DNA from: Octopus sinensis
Taxonomy: Eukaryota
Direction: 5' to 3'
Assembly (NCBI RefSeq): GCF_006345805.1
Contig: NC_043003.1
Span: 72,788,001-72,852,000, forward strand
Length of the DNA stretch: 64,000 bases
Shown: piece by piece, positions 11,222 through 24,967 of the stretch
Position numbering within the stretch: position 1 is the stretch's first letter
Layout: every line of letters starts with the position of its first letter
Notes under the pieces: model-generated
What the model was told of the DNA's origin: nothing
Database searches by the model: none
The model's input: the letters and a program-made list of their open reading frames with translations, nothing else
Made by a program: the position numbers and the translations under genes

Positions 11222-13090
11222 CTTAACTCTTCATGTTACTTAGTTTCATGAACTTGAGAAAGCGTCCACTTCCTCGGACATTCAGAAACAAAAGTGAGAT
11301 AGCTTCTTTATTAGAGAACGTAAGCCCTCGATTAGTTTGAGTCTGGTTGGTATAGAGGTAGAGACTGGAAGGAAGCTCACCACGTGTTAAAACAGGTGAC
11401 ATGGTGATGTCAGTCATTGATGCGTGGTGTTCGGCGCAACAGCGACACCAGTGTTTTAAGACAAGAAGTGGGAGTTCAGTCGTCGCTCAAGCAGATATAG
11501 AGATAACTTGACGACAACAAGCAGTGGGCGAAGGCACACCACATGTGAGATGTTAATGTCACTTAGTCACCGATGTGGTGTATCTGCTGAATAATTTGAG
11601 TCGCAGGGATGGAGGGCAGCAATATTTGTAGGTAGCATACATAAAAGAAGCCGGTCTAGAGTAGAATATCGAGATTATAAGAGGGCAAGGATTTGAAATA
11701 CTTAAAAAAATGCATATCCCCTATGACAATGTGAAATATTTATCGGTTGGATGTTGAAATATGTGCAGTTTTTCATGGTGTCAGAGTTGGTAATTACGAG
11801 CTCCGGGCAAATAAGGTAGGGCTCTATCGTGTATAGTCCGTTTAATGCTGAGCAGAGGGTCTCAGAGTCTTTAGATGAAGCGAGTGAAAGAAGTGGAGTT
11901 TTCTTTGTTTCTACATTTAGAGGAGTGTATACGCTGCGAGTATCTCGATTTGAAGTCGTTGGCCATCACACTCTCATAGTGTCACGTAATAACATCGGCA
12001 GCGTGAGAGTGGACCATAGATTTCTATAGGCAGGTTCCTCCCAATTGACTGTTGATAGAATTTCAGCAGTTGGAGATGGAATTGTGGGATGGAGATTATA
12101 TGGATGCATATTTGTGTCTGTTATAGCATGTGATGCTCGAAGCTACATTAGCTAAACGTAAATAGCTTACTTTAAAGTTATGGGGATTAAAATATTTATT
12201 GCATCTATGGGTTCCAGAGAAATCTTGCCTAAGTTAAGGAAGCTTCTGGTTATATTTGCCGAAGCATCTAGGTTGACTAAATTACATCAACTTACAACAG
12301 ATTATGCTTCTCTTTCTAACTTTCTTAGGGTTTTTTGGCGGCAGGCAGATGGTGATTTTCCGTATATATTAACTTAACCTAAATCAACTGTCGATAGGTT
12401 GGAGATTTTTTGCTGATACTTGCAACCAAATTTCTATTATAGACGGAGGGTGACTGGGGTGTTTATGAATATAGAGCGTTTTCTTGTTTTTTTCTTCTAG
12501 GGATTGTAATTACTGGTATCGGGGTCTCGGGTAACATCTAGGGAGTCGGCTTTTGTAAAGTGACTATTATAGATACGATGGACTCTTTCAAGAGGCTAAT
12601 ACGGTTCTCTCAAAATTTTCCATATCGTGGCTGCTCATATGGCTCTATATGACCAAGCCATCATCCCTGTATAGGACCAAATTGTGGGGGGAGGGTGTAC
12701 ATTTTTTAGCATATCCAGTATCAAGATCCCTACGAACTCAGCGACCTCATCACCACTATAAATTCCCATGGATTCATCGAATAGCGTATCATCCTTTTTC
12801 TTTTACGCAGTAGGAATCAACATGAAGCATAAGTGACTTCGTAGCATTCATGGTGATTCTGATTTCAAGGTCACAGAATTTTGAAAAATTGGTAACACAA
12901 TTTAGGGACTTCAAGAGGAAAACTTTCGATACCAACGTGAAAATATCTTAGATATAGGATCGAATGTATTTGCAGAGATATTCAAGGGCTGATTGAATAG
13001 ATGGGAAACCTCTAGTGCCTTTCTTTTTATCTTTAGTAGAGGCGGTCTATATCACTGTTGATGTGTAAATTCCTGGTATAGGGTAACAAT
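11222..13090 (-). mobile_element. Decayed Penelope-like element, Naiad-like (RT + GIY-YIG) with 3' hammerhead
   Basis: Minus-strand remnants: 'LFDESMGIYSGDEVAEFVGILIL', 'LYRDDGL' (12654-12674), 'LYIHKHPSHPPSII', 'NC*NSINSQLGGTCL', 'NDFKSRYSQRIHSSKCRNKENSTS'. Many stops and frameshifts. Confidence 0.8.
11233..11281 (-). ncRNA. Minimal type I hammerhead-like motif (CCGAGGA variant)
   Basis: ATGT-CCGAGGA-A-GTGGAC-10nt-GTTCAT-GAAA-CTAAG-TA-ACAT: stems I and II pair; stem III is pseudo-palindromic ACT-A-AGT; GUA site. Confidence 0.55.
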
Positions 13091-13984
13091 ATTTGAGTCC
13101 TAACATCAGTAGTTCGGATCTCATCCAGTGTCCAATCGAGTATCCCAAATTTTGGTATGAGTGCTGTGGTAGCGAACACATCGTGAGCTACTGATCTGAT
13201 CTGATATTCATCCTGATGTGATATTTATCCTGATGTGATATTCCCTAGTTACTTGTTTCTTGTTACATGTTTCATCATTGGAAATATTTTCATTTATACC
13301 TAAGTACCAACAGATATCGGATAAATTTTAAGGCTATTAATAAAAATTTGGCTAAATGAGCTTGCAGTCTTACAGCCATGTAAGCACATTTATCCTGGTC
13401 AAACTCCATCACTATATCTTTTGAGAATGTTGTAACGAGGTCAAGGCTTTACTTCATACTATTCATATTTTTGGCATACATTTTCAGACCATCCACGAAA
13501 AAGTAATGTGTTAGGTCAGTGAGTCTCTCGCCTTGTGAACTAATCGCACATCCTTACAGAAAAGATTAAAATTTACTGAAAGAATAAACAGTATCATTGA
13601 AAGACAGTCCCTTTAAATAGAATCATTGAGAGATTGCCTCTTTAAACACCATAATAGAAAGAATGTCTCCTTCAAATATAACTCTGGAATACTGTAGCCT
13701 ATCAGTGGTAATTGAGTCAATACTACTTTTATCTTCAGAATGTTGGTCCATGACGAAATCATGTCGTATACGGACTTGATAATGGTATCTGGAATCATAT
13801 GTAAGTATGCAAGTCTGTGTGTGCATGTGCATATGCGTGTCTGTGAATATGTGTGTATTTGCGTGTATGTATATGTATGCATGTCTATGTATATGGGTGT
13901 ATAAGTGTTTATGTATATGCATGTAGTTTTGTGTGTGCAAGTTGTGTATGTGTGTATATATGTGTATGTGAGTATGATTATAAA

Positions 13985-14190
13985 TGAAATGTAAATGCGT
14001 TAATTTGTGCGATTTTTTCCTCGTCTTCCCTTCTTTGGATCTTTCCTTTTCCAGTGTTTCTGACGAAGAGCTCCGCTCGAAACGTTAAACCCTCCTTCTT
14101 TCTTTCTCTCCTGAGCGTCCAATAATACTATACTTGTTCCACTCCTCGCGTTGTTGTGTTTTCTCTTTGTGTTTTCATGTTTGGATTTAC

Positions 14191-14193
<3 letters not shown>
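13985..14193 (+). mobile_element. PLE 3'-end fragment (family A) with canonical-core minimal hammerhead at 14056-14090
   Basis: GTTT-CTGACGA-A-GAGC-tcc-GCTC-GAAA-CGT-T-AAAC. Confidence 0.85.
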
Positions 14194-14277
<84 letters not shown>

Positions 14278-14429
14278 TATATGTACAATCTGCTTGTTTT
14301 GATTTTCATGTAGTATTAAGTCGGATTTTATAATGTTCCCTGGAAAGAGAGCTGTGTCATTTCTTTTACATATTTCCTCAAATTCCAATGTAATTTTCAT
14401 TTCGGTGCACGCAAACTTGAGTGAGATAG

Positions 14430-14850
14430 TCGATGATCTTTTTATTTATTGGAGATGATGTTTTTCTGTTACAATCAGCAGTTTGTATGATGTTGGTACA
14501 TGCCGCCCTCTTTTAATCCACATACTTCCCCACCGATGCCGAAAATTCCCAGTAAGATTGAACAGATTCCAAGTTCTTTTTCCCCTTAGGTTAAATGTAA
14601 AGGTCAGGACAGGTATTGCAAAGCTGTTGTGAGTGTTATACTTGTTGTCGACTGAGAATTCTGAAGACAGTATCTTCTTTAATTTCATGAGGTATTCCTT
14701 CCTCACCTCGCTTTTGTTAACGGGTCAATCATATCTTATATTTTCATCATGTTCAATATAATTGTAGTGCTCATCCGAATATGAATGCTGTACTTTGATG
14801 TTTATGAGGTTATGGTTCACTTTCGGTTCTTTACAAACAAGTTGTTTTCA
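14430..14850 (-). mobile_element. Old R4/Dong LINE fragment
   Basis: ORF 14446..14706 'RKEYLMKLKKILSSEFSVDNKYNTHNSFAIPVLTFTF' parallels 'KKEYYRRVRSILNTELNAKNKIIGINTLAVPVISYSY' at ~17495-17605. Confidence 0.7.
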
Positions 14851-16102
14851 ATAGAGTGTAATCAAAGAGTGAAGTTTGCTGGAATTTGAATAAGAGATGA
14901 ATTCTTCCTGAAGAGAGTACAACTCCATAATATGATTTTGATTTCCACTTAAAATAGATTTTATGATAGAAGGTTTCGAATATTGTGCAACCCTATCATC
15001 TTTAATTTTCTACATAATATATGGCGTTAGCAAAGGTTAGGTGCGACAGTTAATTTTTAAAGTCTGTCTGTTTGCCTGCTTCACTGTTCGTCCTAAAACT
15101 CCAGGAACTTCAGAAAGTAGAAATCTAATTTATTTAACCAGTTGATTACTAAGCAAAATAGAATAATGCTTTTCTTTTAATATTTGCCTTTCAAATTTTG
15201 GCTACTGCTGTAAGTTATTAAAATATTAAGTATGTGCCCCTGAACATGTCGTATGCTGAATGAAGTACTTATGTCATTTTTCTTTAAACTTCATGGCCAT
15301 ATTTCCGAAATTATTTTTGCTAGAAGGCGAATATTTGAACAGAATAATAATCAACATATTCCGGAGAAAATATTTTTCATTTTTATAGAAATGCTAAATC
15401 TTAATTCTGATTTAAGCTTCTTTTGTTGTACTAATTCTAAACCAGGAAATACAAATTCTGAAATTTTATAATTTATTTCTATTTTTTCTTTCAAACAATT
15501 ATCGACACCATATCGACCACTTATATACAGAAAACATTCAATTGTTTCTATTCATCAACTTTTAAATTAATATTGGGTCAAATATTTCTCCCGGTAATAT
15601 AACTTTTTTGATATATGGAGTTCATGTTCTATTTAGTCAGCAATCCTAACAATAAAGTCTTGCATGAGAAGAAGATTCATTCTCTAAATGTGGAATAAAA
15701 GGGGTTCATCTCCACTGCAGTATTGTTTTTAACAACTATAATTAGAATGAGAAAGATGACTATATCAGTGAATAAAATCAGTCAAACAAAACGACACAAA
15801 CAGAAGACAACATTGAAATTTGGTTAAATTCTGGACAGAAATACTGTTTCTGTATTAAATACATTGACATATAATCAAGAGAAAAGTATCAAATCAAATC
15901 TGGTTTATCTTGTTTGTTTTTCTTGTAGAATCTTAATCTTTGTTGATCAACGAAGACTGTCGGAAGAGGATTATCAAGTTAAAGAAGATTAAACTGCATG
16001 GACACATTGAACATATATAACAAACGTACATAATACATGCATGCATGCATACATACATACATACATACATACATACATACATACATACATACAATACATG
16101 CA

Positions 16103-16138
<36 letters not shown>

Positions 16139-16207
16139 TATATAATATATATATATATATACACACAAAATATATATATATAATATATATATATATATAC
16201 CGGGAGT

Positions 16208-16243
<36 letters not shown>

Positions 16244-16922
16244 AAGCAAGAAAGAGAGAGAAAGAAAGACAAAAAGAGACATGTGTGAACACACAAGCTC
16301 AAAACAACAAAAAGAAGACAGTGCTCGAATACCAATGGTTGAGTAAAATATGTTTTATTGAAGCTGAAAAACTCCACACGAAACCGATTATCAGATAGAA
16401 GTCAGCTTTTTGGAAAAGTACTGGTTTCTCTATAGTTATACAATAAGTATTATTTGGCAAATAATCAAATAAACAATTAAAGATGATTGGGCAGGGGTTG
16501 TGGCATTTCAAAATTAAGGAACTCTGATGGATAATAGGATTGACAGTTGTCGAAAGACAATATAAATATTAGTAATGAGTAAAATAAAGGTGAATAAAAT
16601 GAATCGCTATATAGTTGTGCAGTCTAATAGTTACAATATTTGCAGGCAAGGATAAGCCCAAGCAAGAATTGTTTTAGAATTAAAAAAAAAAAAAACCAGT
16701 CAAAAGAGCTTTTTAAAGGAAGAACAAATGAGTATCACAAATAAAGGGATTTGGGGAGAGGAAAAGTGAGTTAAAAGAGTGTTTGTGTTAGAAAAAGAAA
16801 GGGTTTTATCAAAGAAATGTATTATTAACACGGCGAGATATGGGAAGGGTTATCACGGTAATAATTATGATGATGATGATAGTGATAACGATTATAATGA
16901 TCATGATAACAACAACAACCAC

Positions 16923-16982
<60 letters not shown>

Positions 16983-18871
16983 TAACAAAGTAGCACCAAC
17001 ATCATAAAATTCATAGAGCACTCTATGAATAAATGGCAAACAGTCCTACACCTCCAAACAAAAGAGGGACTCATGAAAACAAAGACATCCCCATTAGAAG
17101 AGAATATTCCAGGGAGACACGCTCTCTCCACTCCTTTTCTGCTTGGCACTGTCACCTCTATCTGATATGCTAATAGAACTGGATGCGGATATAAATGTTA
17201 CGGCAAAACGATCAGCCACCTTTTATATATGGATGACCTAAAACTATACGCTGCAAATGACAACAGCTGGAAACACTATTAAGACAGTTCATGGATTTAC
17301 CAAAGAAATAGATATGAAATTTGGATTAGAAAAATGCGCAAAGTAACCCTGAAAAGAGGAAAACTAGTTAAGAGTAACAACATCACGCTAGATAAAACCA
17401 ATGAAATAAAAGAATTAGACCAAAGCCAAACTTACAAATACATAGGAATCCATGAACTAGATAAGACACAACACACACAATGAAAGAGAAAATAAAAAAA
17501 GAATATTATAGACGAGTTAGATCAATACTAAACACAGAGCTCAATGCTAAAAACAAGATAATAGGTATCAACACTTTAGCTGTCCCAGTTATAAGTTACA
17601 GCTACAATATCCTTAACTGGACACGAAATGAACTGACCAAATAATAGGAAGCAAGAAATAATGACAGGATCTAGGATGCATCACCAAAATCTGACATAGA
17701 AAGACTATATATACAACGTATAGAAGGTGGTAGAGGCCTTATACAGCTGGAAAACTACTATAAAATAACCACCATAGGACTGCAAAAATATCTACTTCAG
17801 AAGGAAGGAAAACTGATCCAGATAGCGGCAAAACACGAGCAAAACAAAAAACTGTTCTCAGTATTTAAGGAAGCTGACAAATACAAACAAGAAATCATAC
17901 CACCTAATAAACACGAAGAAGAAGAAGAAGATGAAGAAACAACAAAAGCTATAAACAAATGAATCCAAACTAAAAATAGAACAGCAACGAACCATGATAA
18001 AACGATGGCAAGAAAAGCCCCTTCATGGTAAATTACTGGACTAAACTAAACGCAAAATAAATAGACAAAGAAAAATCCCAGCAATGGTTGAGAAGCTCAG
18101 GACTCAAAGCAGAAACAGGGATTTTTAATTGCAGCAAAACCAAATCCTCCCCACCAGAAATTACCAAAAACATGTCATGGAAAGAAATATTACAGTAACT
18201 GCAGAATATGTGGAGATGGACAAGAACAATAAATCATATTATCTCTAGCTGCCCAGTCTTGGCTAAGAAGGAATATATTCACAGACATGACAGAGTTGGA
18301 ACCTACATACATTGGAAGCTATGCCAACATTATGGAATAAGAACAGAAAAAAGATGGTATAGGCACACACCAGAAAAGGTCACAGAAAACGAGAAAGCAA
18401 CCATACTCTGGGATATGCCGATACACACAGATAGAGAAATTAAGGCCAACAGACCAGATATAGTTGTCAGAGATCATGAAGAAAAAAATGCTTTCTAATT
18501 GATGTATCAATACCGGCTGATGACAACGTGTCTCTAAAAGAAATGGAGAAACTCTCAAAATACAAAGACCTGGAAATAGAGGTAAAGACCTGGAAATAGA
18601 ATGTGGAATCTGAAAACAGAAACAATTCCTATCATAGTAGGTGCATTAGGCATGATAAAAAAATATTCAGACAAATACATAACAAAAACACCAGGACTTA
18701 CAAACACATATAACATACAGAAAATTGCACTACTAGGCACTGCACACATCCTACGCAGAACGCTTTCCATACAATAACCATCAGAGCATCACAACAAATC
18801 ACAGCACATACCCAAGGCACACAGAGCTGTGCTCGGTAGTGAAGTGAAAGCACGCTATAAAAATAAAACTA

Positions 18872-18875
<4 letters not shown>
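16983..18875 (+). mobile_element. 5'-truncated R4/Dong-clade LINE (RT, CCHC finger, RLE) in (TAA)n
   Basis: RT motifs 'IFQGDTLSPLLFCLAL' and 'HLLYMDDLKLY'; 'CRICG...TINHIISSCP'; 'RHD', 'NRPDIVV', 'KLSKYKDL', 'IIVGALG'; stop at 18775-18777; (AAT)n on both sides. Confidence 0.95.
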
Positions 18876-18903
<28 letters not shown>

Positions 18904-18904
18904 C

Positions 18905-19120
18905 GGTTTCAAATCTTGGCATAAGTCCAGTGCTCGTCGACCCCAGTGCTCAACTGGCAATTATTTCATCGACCCCGATAAGATGAAAGGCAAAGTCGAC
19001 CGCGATGGCATTTGAACTCAAAACGTAAAGACGGACGAAATGCCTTAAAAACGTAAGGATGGATGAAATGCCGCTAAGCATTTTTCTCGGCGTGCTAAGA
19101 TTCTGCCAGCAACTGCCTTC
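18905..19120 (-). mobile_element. S2 SINE with a small internal duplication
   Basis: 'gaaaggcaaagtcgacc...tttgaactcaaaacgtaaagacggacgaaatgcc'; the segment 'aaaacgtaa.ga.gga.gaaatgcc' occurs twice. Confidence 0.8.
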
Positions 19121-19431
19121 ATAACAGCAACAACAACAACGACGACGACGACGACAACAGCAACGGCGATGACGACGATAATAATTATGTATTCTTAATG
19201 AATAAAAATAACCCTAATTTATTAAAGAAAGGACTTAATTCAGGGAATATCGTAAACAATTTATTAAAAAAATGAAGGATTATTTTCCTCTCCAACCAAT
19301 TTAATAAGTGTTCGTCTTTCACAAAACTTCGAAGCACTGGGCAGTCCTTTTAAATATAAGCAAGAGGGAGAAAAGAGAGGACTCACTATATATATATGGT
19401 TAAGCTATATATATATATATGGTTAAGCTAT

Positions 19432-19465
<34 letters not shown>

Positions 19466-19723
19466 GCTTAATCATAAGCGATGGAGTAATCACTACTGAT
19501 GAACTTTAATTTCAAGCGAAACTGGCTTGCTAGTATTGCGACCTCGCTCGCTGTGGGGCCCTTTCCCCCCCCCTGTCACTACATAGACAAGGTTCTTTTT
19601 GTCGGCGTAAGGGTCTTTAACTTTTGTTTCTAGCAATGTAGGTGCTACCCTGCACCCTCAGTCACTATTAGTGACAATTGAGGTTTTCCTTTTTAGTTTT
19701 ATATTGCGTCTAGCCCCCCCTCG

Positions 19724-19763
<40 letters not shown>

Positions 19764-20899
19764 CATAATATGTGTATGTACGTGTATGCATGAATGTAAG
19801 TATGTATGTATAATGCATTTTATTAAAAACTGACACCTTCGCGAATCGTTTCGCCCTGTTTGCTGGACGATTATGTAAAACAGAATTGAAATAGGATTTT
19901 TAAAATGCAACTAGTGAACGGATTTGAATATGAAGACTAGCTTCGTTTGGATAATATAACTGAACAGAAGACTTTATTCATTGACAATATAACCGTCACT
20001 TGAAACATATGCGGTTGAAATAGGGTATCTGCTTCTTAGGAGAAAGAAAGAAAGGAATGGTATAAATTTACGTATGGGAAAACACAAACACTCACACATG
20101 TAGGTGAATGTAAAAGAAAAGAAGTTTATAAACGTGAGAGTGTAAGAAAGTTTAAAATTGTAAAGGAAATATCTAATTATATATAAATGATAAATATACA
20201 AAAAGAGGTGACAGTGACAGTAAAAATCGCGAGAATGTCATTGCATCATATTAAAATAGCGAACAGAGAATGAAACTAGATAGAAAAAATAAAACTACTT
20301 TATAACGTAACTTTCCTACTTATAATTCCACAAACATCTTGAAGATTAGTTACGAAAACGTTATTAAGAGCAAAATATAAACTAAAAATGAGCACACAGA
20401 CACATCGCTCTTGTAATGAACTAAGAACAGTGAGTTGTCACTCACTGAAAGCTACTTGGAATTAACGAAAAATAAAAATAAAAATAAAAATTATCTGACA
20501 ATTACAATTTTGTCGGTTATAGCATCAATCCCCATCATTTTTGTTGCTTACAACAAAAACTCGACAATAAAAATGTCATTATTATTCACACAACAATCAG
20601 TAGATGAGACTGAGGCTGTTTCGAAATGTTTGTAGAAAATATAGATTCAATCAAAGTAGAATACATACATAATACAGAACAAATTGGCACAGTTTGTTTC
20701 ATTCCATTGAAAATACAATATGAAAATACATCTTCTATTATCACTGATGGTTGAATTTGACAAGTTCGAATGATAGGATAATGTTGTAGAAAGTAAAAGG
20801 ATTTCTGTTTCGGCTTCAAGCCATGTTACACGAAAGACTGCAACATTACTGAGCAATAGTGAACGTAGTTTTCCACTACAAGGAGTGCTGATTGAGAAC

Positions 20900-20936
<37 letters not shown>

Positions 20937-21782
20937 AGTGTGTATATGTACATGACTATGCCTGTATGCACATGCAAGTGAATCTGTAATGTACCAACGA
21001 GTGCATGTGAGTGTGTATACATGCATAGTATAACAATCCAGCTATATGCGTAAATCAGTTTGAATGCTGGCTAGAAAGTTGCGAATTTGTATTCTCAAAG
21101 AATTTGCTTTCGTGTATGAAATTGTCTACTCTGTTGACGTGGCATCACGTTTAATGGAACTTGTTCGGTTGTCAGGCAGTGTATCGAGAAAGCCATATAC
21201 TTTCAAAAACATCGAATGTAGAATGAATCTTGTTATCTATCTGTGTAAAGAGAGACATCTTAAGCACAACTGTATGTAGAACGATTCATGTCCTGTGTGT
21301 AGCAATGCATTCTAGGCTGTCTGTAGGCAATGCAACTGAGTTCAGGTTTGATAGGTATATCACTAGGCTGTTAGGGATTTCGTACGCTTGTTGATCTTGA
21401 TGCATACTAATCGCTGGTTGGTTTCGACCGTTAAATGAACACTTGTGTCTCTACATCACAGACATACCACGAAATGTTGAACATAACTTTTTTGTATATT
21501 ACTACACACGTTAATGGCTTACGAACATTATTGTTTCATAAAGGATTTATAAGGAAATATGAAAAGAAAAAAATATCGTTAACAAAGAAAGAACAAAGCT
21601 CGAACACAATTGTGTATTCAATATATATTTGAAAGAAAAAAAATTTCTTACAGTCTTATACACACATACGTACGCAAACACACACACATGCCTCTCTCTC
21701 TCACTCTCTCTCTCACTCTCTCACTCTCTCACTCTCTCTCTCTCTCTCTCTCTCTCACTCACTCACTCTCTCTCTCTCACTC

Positions 21783-21817
<35 letters not shown>

Positions 21818-21922
21818 GCTTGCGCGTGTGAGTGTCTGTGTATGTGAATGGATGAATGACAAAAACAACCGGAAGTGTTATTATCCTACTAAAACGAACG
21901 AGAACCATAACACAATGAAATA

Positions 21923-22043
<121 letters not shown>

Positions 22044-22314
22044 TTACGACTAACATTATTTGATGGTTGTAGTTCCTGTGTGTGAGAAAGTTTCCAATAT
22101 TCGATAAATCTCATCTTCTTCCCAGCTTTTCTTGTCTTTTCCTGAATAAAACGACGTGGTTTGTGCATACAATAGTTTGACGTTAACACACACAATACCG
22201 TTATTTTGAAAAAAAAAAGCAAAATAAAAATAAAAAAGAGATTAAGGCCCTCATTATATCAATGCAGATATGTATGTTTTGTTAAATACGATGATCATGT
22301 GTATAATCAAATAC

Positions 22315-22407
<93 letters not shown>

Positions 22408-23026
22408 ATATATATGTATAAATGTTAATATGTATATACATATATAAATGTATAAATGAATATGTAGATATACATATGAATGTGTGTATGTAAAAGCAAT
22501 GTAAATATCTGTGTGATTATGTGTGTGTGCGTGTGCGTGTATACACACACATACACATACACATAAATAGATATATGTACGTACATATACGTGCATGAAA
22601 ATATGCATGTATGTATCTTTGTATAACTGGGAGAAAGCGAACCCTATACATAAAGCAGAACATACTCTTTTATTAACTGAAATCACTACAGGTTTGACTG
22701 AAGGGCCTAGAGTTTCGTGTCAAGGATAACAGATGTACAGGAGTGGCTGTGTGGTAAGTAGCTTGCTTACAAACCACATGGTTCTGGGTTCAGCAACACT
22801 TCTCTAAACACTTCTCTAAAATGTTACACATTAGGATTGAACTCGGCACCTCGTAATTGCAAAGCACACTTCTTAAGAATTCAACTATGCTCACAATTAC
22901 ACACGCAAGCTCGCAATCTTCTGCGCACACGCGCACACGCACGTACACACGTACACACGTACACACGTACACACATACACACACACACACACGCAACACA
23001 TACACACACACATATATATACATATA

Positions 23027-23172
23027 TACGACGGGCTTCTTTCAGTTTCCGTCAATCAAATCCACTCACAAGGCTTTGGTCGGCCTGAGGCTATAGTAGA
23101 AGACATTTGCCCAAGGTGAAACGCAGTGGGACTGAACCCAGAACCATGTAAGCAAGCTACATACCACACGCC
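23027..23172 (-). mobile_element. S1 SINE head
   Basis: Reverse complement of the S1 head ('acgacgggcttctttcagtttccgtc...cagtgggactgaaccc'). Confidence 0.85.
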
Positions 23173-23174
23173 TA

Positions 23175-23211
<37 letters not shown>

Positions 23212-23212
<1 letters not shown>

Positions 23213-24896
23213 GGACCGACGGCCCGGTTGAGTTGCTCGGGGTCTGGTTTGGTCCGGACCTCCAAGTGGAGAAGAACTGGAACGAGATAACGAGTAGGGT
23301 GGTCACTCTCGCCCGGCAATGGGCCGAGAGGAAACTGTCTCTAAAAGGTCGGACGGAGGTGGCGAACACGTACATCGCGTCCGTCATCTACTACCGCCTG
23401 GCCGCCGTACCTTGTCCCGACCCTACCATCACCAAACTACAACGCATTCTCTTTCGCTTCTTGTGGAAAGGATGCGTCCCAATGGTCAGGCGATCCATTT
23501 GCTGTCAAAACCCGTTAAAAGGAGGGCTGGGCATGCTGTGGTTGATGATGCGCAGACACGCGCTGAGAATGCGACATCTCTGGCTCTATGTAGACGACGG
23601 TGAACAGGTGTGGTCGCCGTTTGTGAGGCACGCTTTCCCGCAGCTCGTCTCCATGACCGAACTGCAGTCGTGGATCAAAAAGAGGCCGAGGAAGGGCGAA
23701 TGGCACCGCGAGTGTCGCGTTGCTCTCAAGCAACTCTGCCGTCCTGGGTCGACCTTGAGTGACTTCAACACAACCAAAGCATTCTATAGGGGATTAGTGG
23801 AGGGGAGGTACGTCGACGAGCTCGGGGCGAACCTGGACGTCGACGAGGAGTACCTGACCCGCCTGTTCAGGACGACTTTCGGGCCAGGGCCCATGGAAAC
23901 TTCCAGAGATCCCTGGCCTGGCAGTGCTACCGAGAAGCGCTACCCGTTCGGGATAAGCTCTACAGACACGGCTCGAGAAACACGGGGCGACCTGCCCGAG
24001 ATGCGGTCAGAGCGACGAAACCGTTGTGCACGCACTCGTGCAGTGTCCAACAATTTCCAACCTGTGGGCTTATGTCGAACAACTGCTGTCACATGTGGGA
24101 CGAGTCGGTTTATCAGCTGAGTCTATCGTCAATATTGTCACGCCTCCTTCCTTCAAATGGGAAGGAAGAGCTATTTTCATCATCCTTGTGGCTATGGCGA
24201 AAGAATGTATCTGGTGGACGCGTCTGAAAGGATTGGAGACAAACACTTTCCTCTCTGGTCAATCTCTCATCAACTTCTTCAAGTACCACTTGAAAAGGAA
24301 AGTGAGAGTAGAGAGGCAAGTTTTGTCTAGCGAATGTTTTAAAAAAGATGGGTGAATGTAGCAAGGATGGCACGTATGAATGACGAAGCCACCTTGAGCA
24401 TAATCCTATGAACCCAGAAATTGAAAACAGAGGGTTACCCACTTGCAAACAATGTGTGGTAACATATAACAATATTGACCAAGGTTACCGTGGTCCTTTT
24501 CGTAGGCTTTTCTTCCCACGGATAAACCTTACTTGCTTTCCCCTTTACACATATATCATAACACTGTGATACACGATCCCTATTGATCGTTTTTTTTTCC
24601 TCTTCCCCTTTTTTCCTTCCCCTTTTTTCTCTTTTTTTTCATTTCTCTTTTCTTTCGTTCCTTTTCCTTTTCTTTTTTTTTCTTTTTATTCTTTTATTTT
24701 TTATTGTATTTATTTATTTATTTATTTATTTTTGTTCTTTTCTTCCCTTTTACGATCCCTCTTGATCGAAAACCTACGCCACCCCTTTTTTTCTTTTTTT
24801 CTTCTTTTGTTTTTTGTTTTTTCATCTCCCAAAAGAAAAGCTCTACCTTGTAACTTGTCCCATCTGTGTGCAGCCCTGTGTGGCCAATAAAGAAAC

Positions 24897-24900
<4 letters not shown>
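23212..24900 (+). mobile_element. 5'-truncated Tx1/L1-clade LINE (ORF2 C-terminus + 3' UTR) in (TATC)n
   Basis: 'LLGVWFG...KLSLKGR..VANTYIASVIYY...LFRFLWKG...GGLG' (L1/Tx1 post-RT region) and zinc knuckle 'CPRCGQSDETVVHALVQCP'. Few frameshifts; (TATC)n on both sides. Confidence 0.92.

Positions 24901-24967
<67 letters not shown>

Noticed and set aside
12024-12074. In-frame TGA beside Cys in the Naiad-like linker as possible selenocysteine
   Set aside because: The TGA falls at the Arg position of a CNCR-like motif (CGA to TGA decay), and the copy has many other stops.
15905-15985. Possible exon after the acceptor-like 'tttttcttgtag'
   Set aside because: Only a weak donor, a stop soon after and no recognisable protein.
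19530-19760. Short Helitron-like element (CTAG end plus GC hairpin); similar hints at ~1155 and ~4480
   Set aside because: Termini are too degenerate to support a call without a repeat library.
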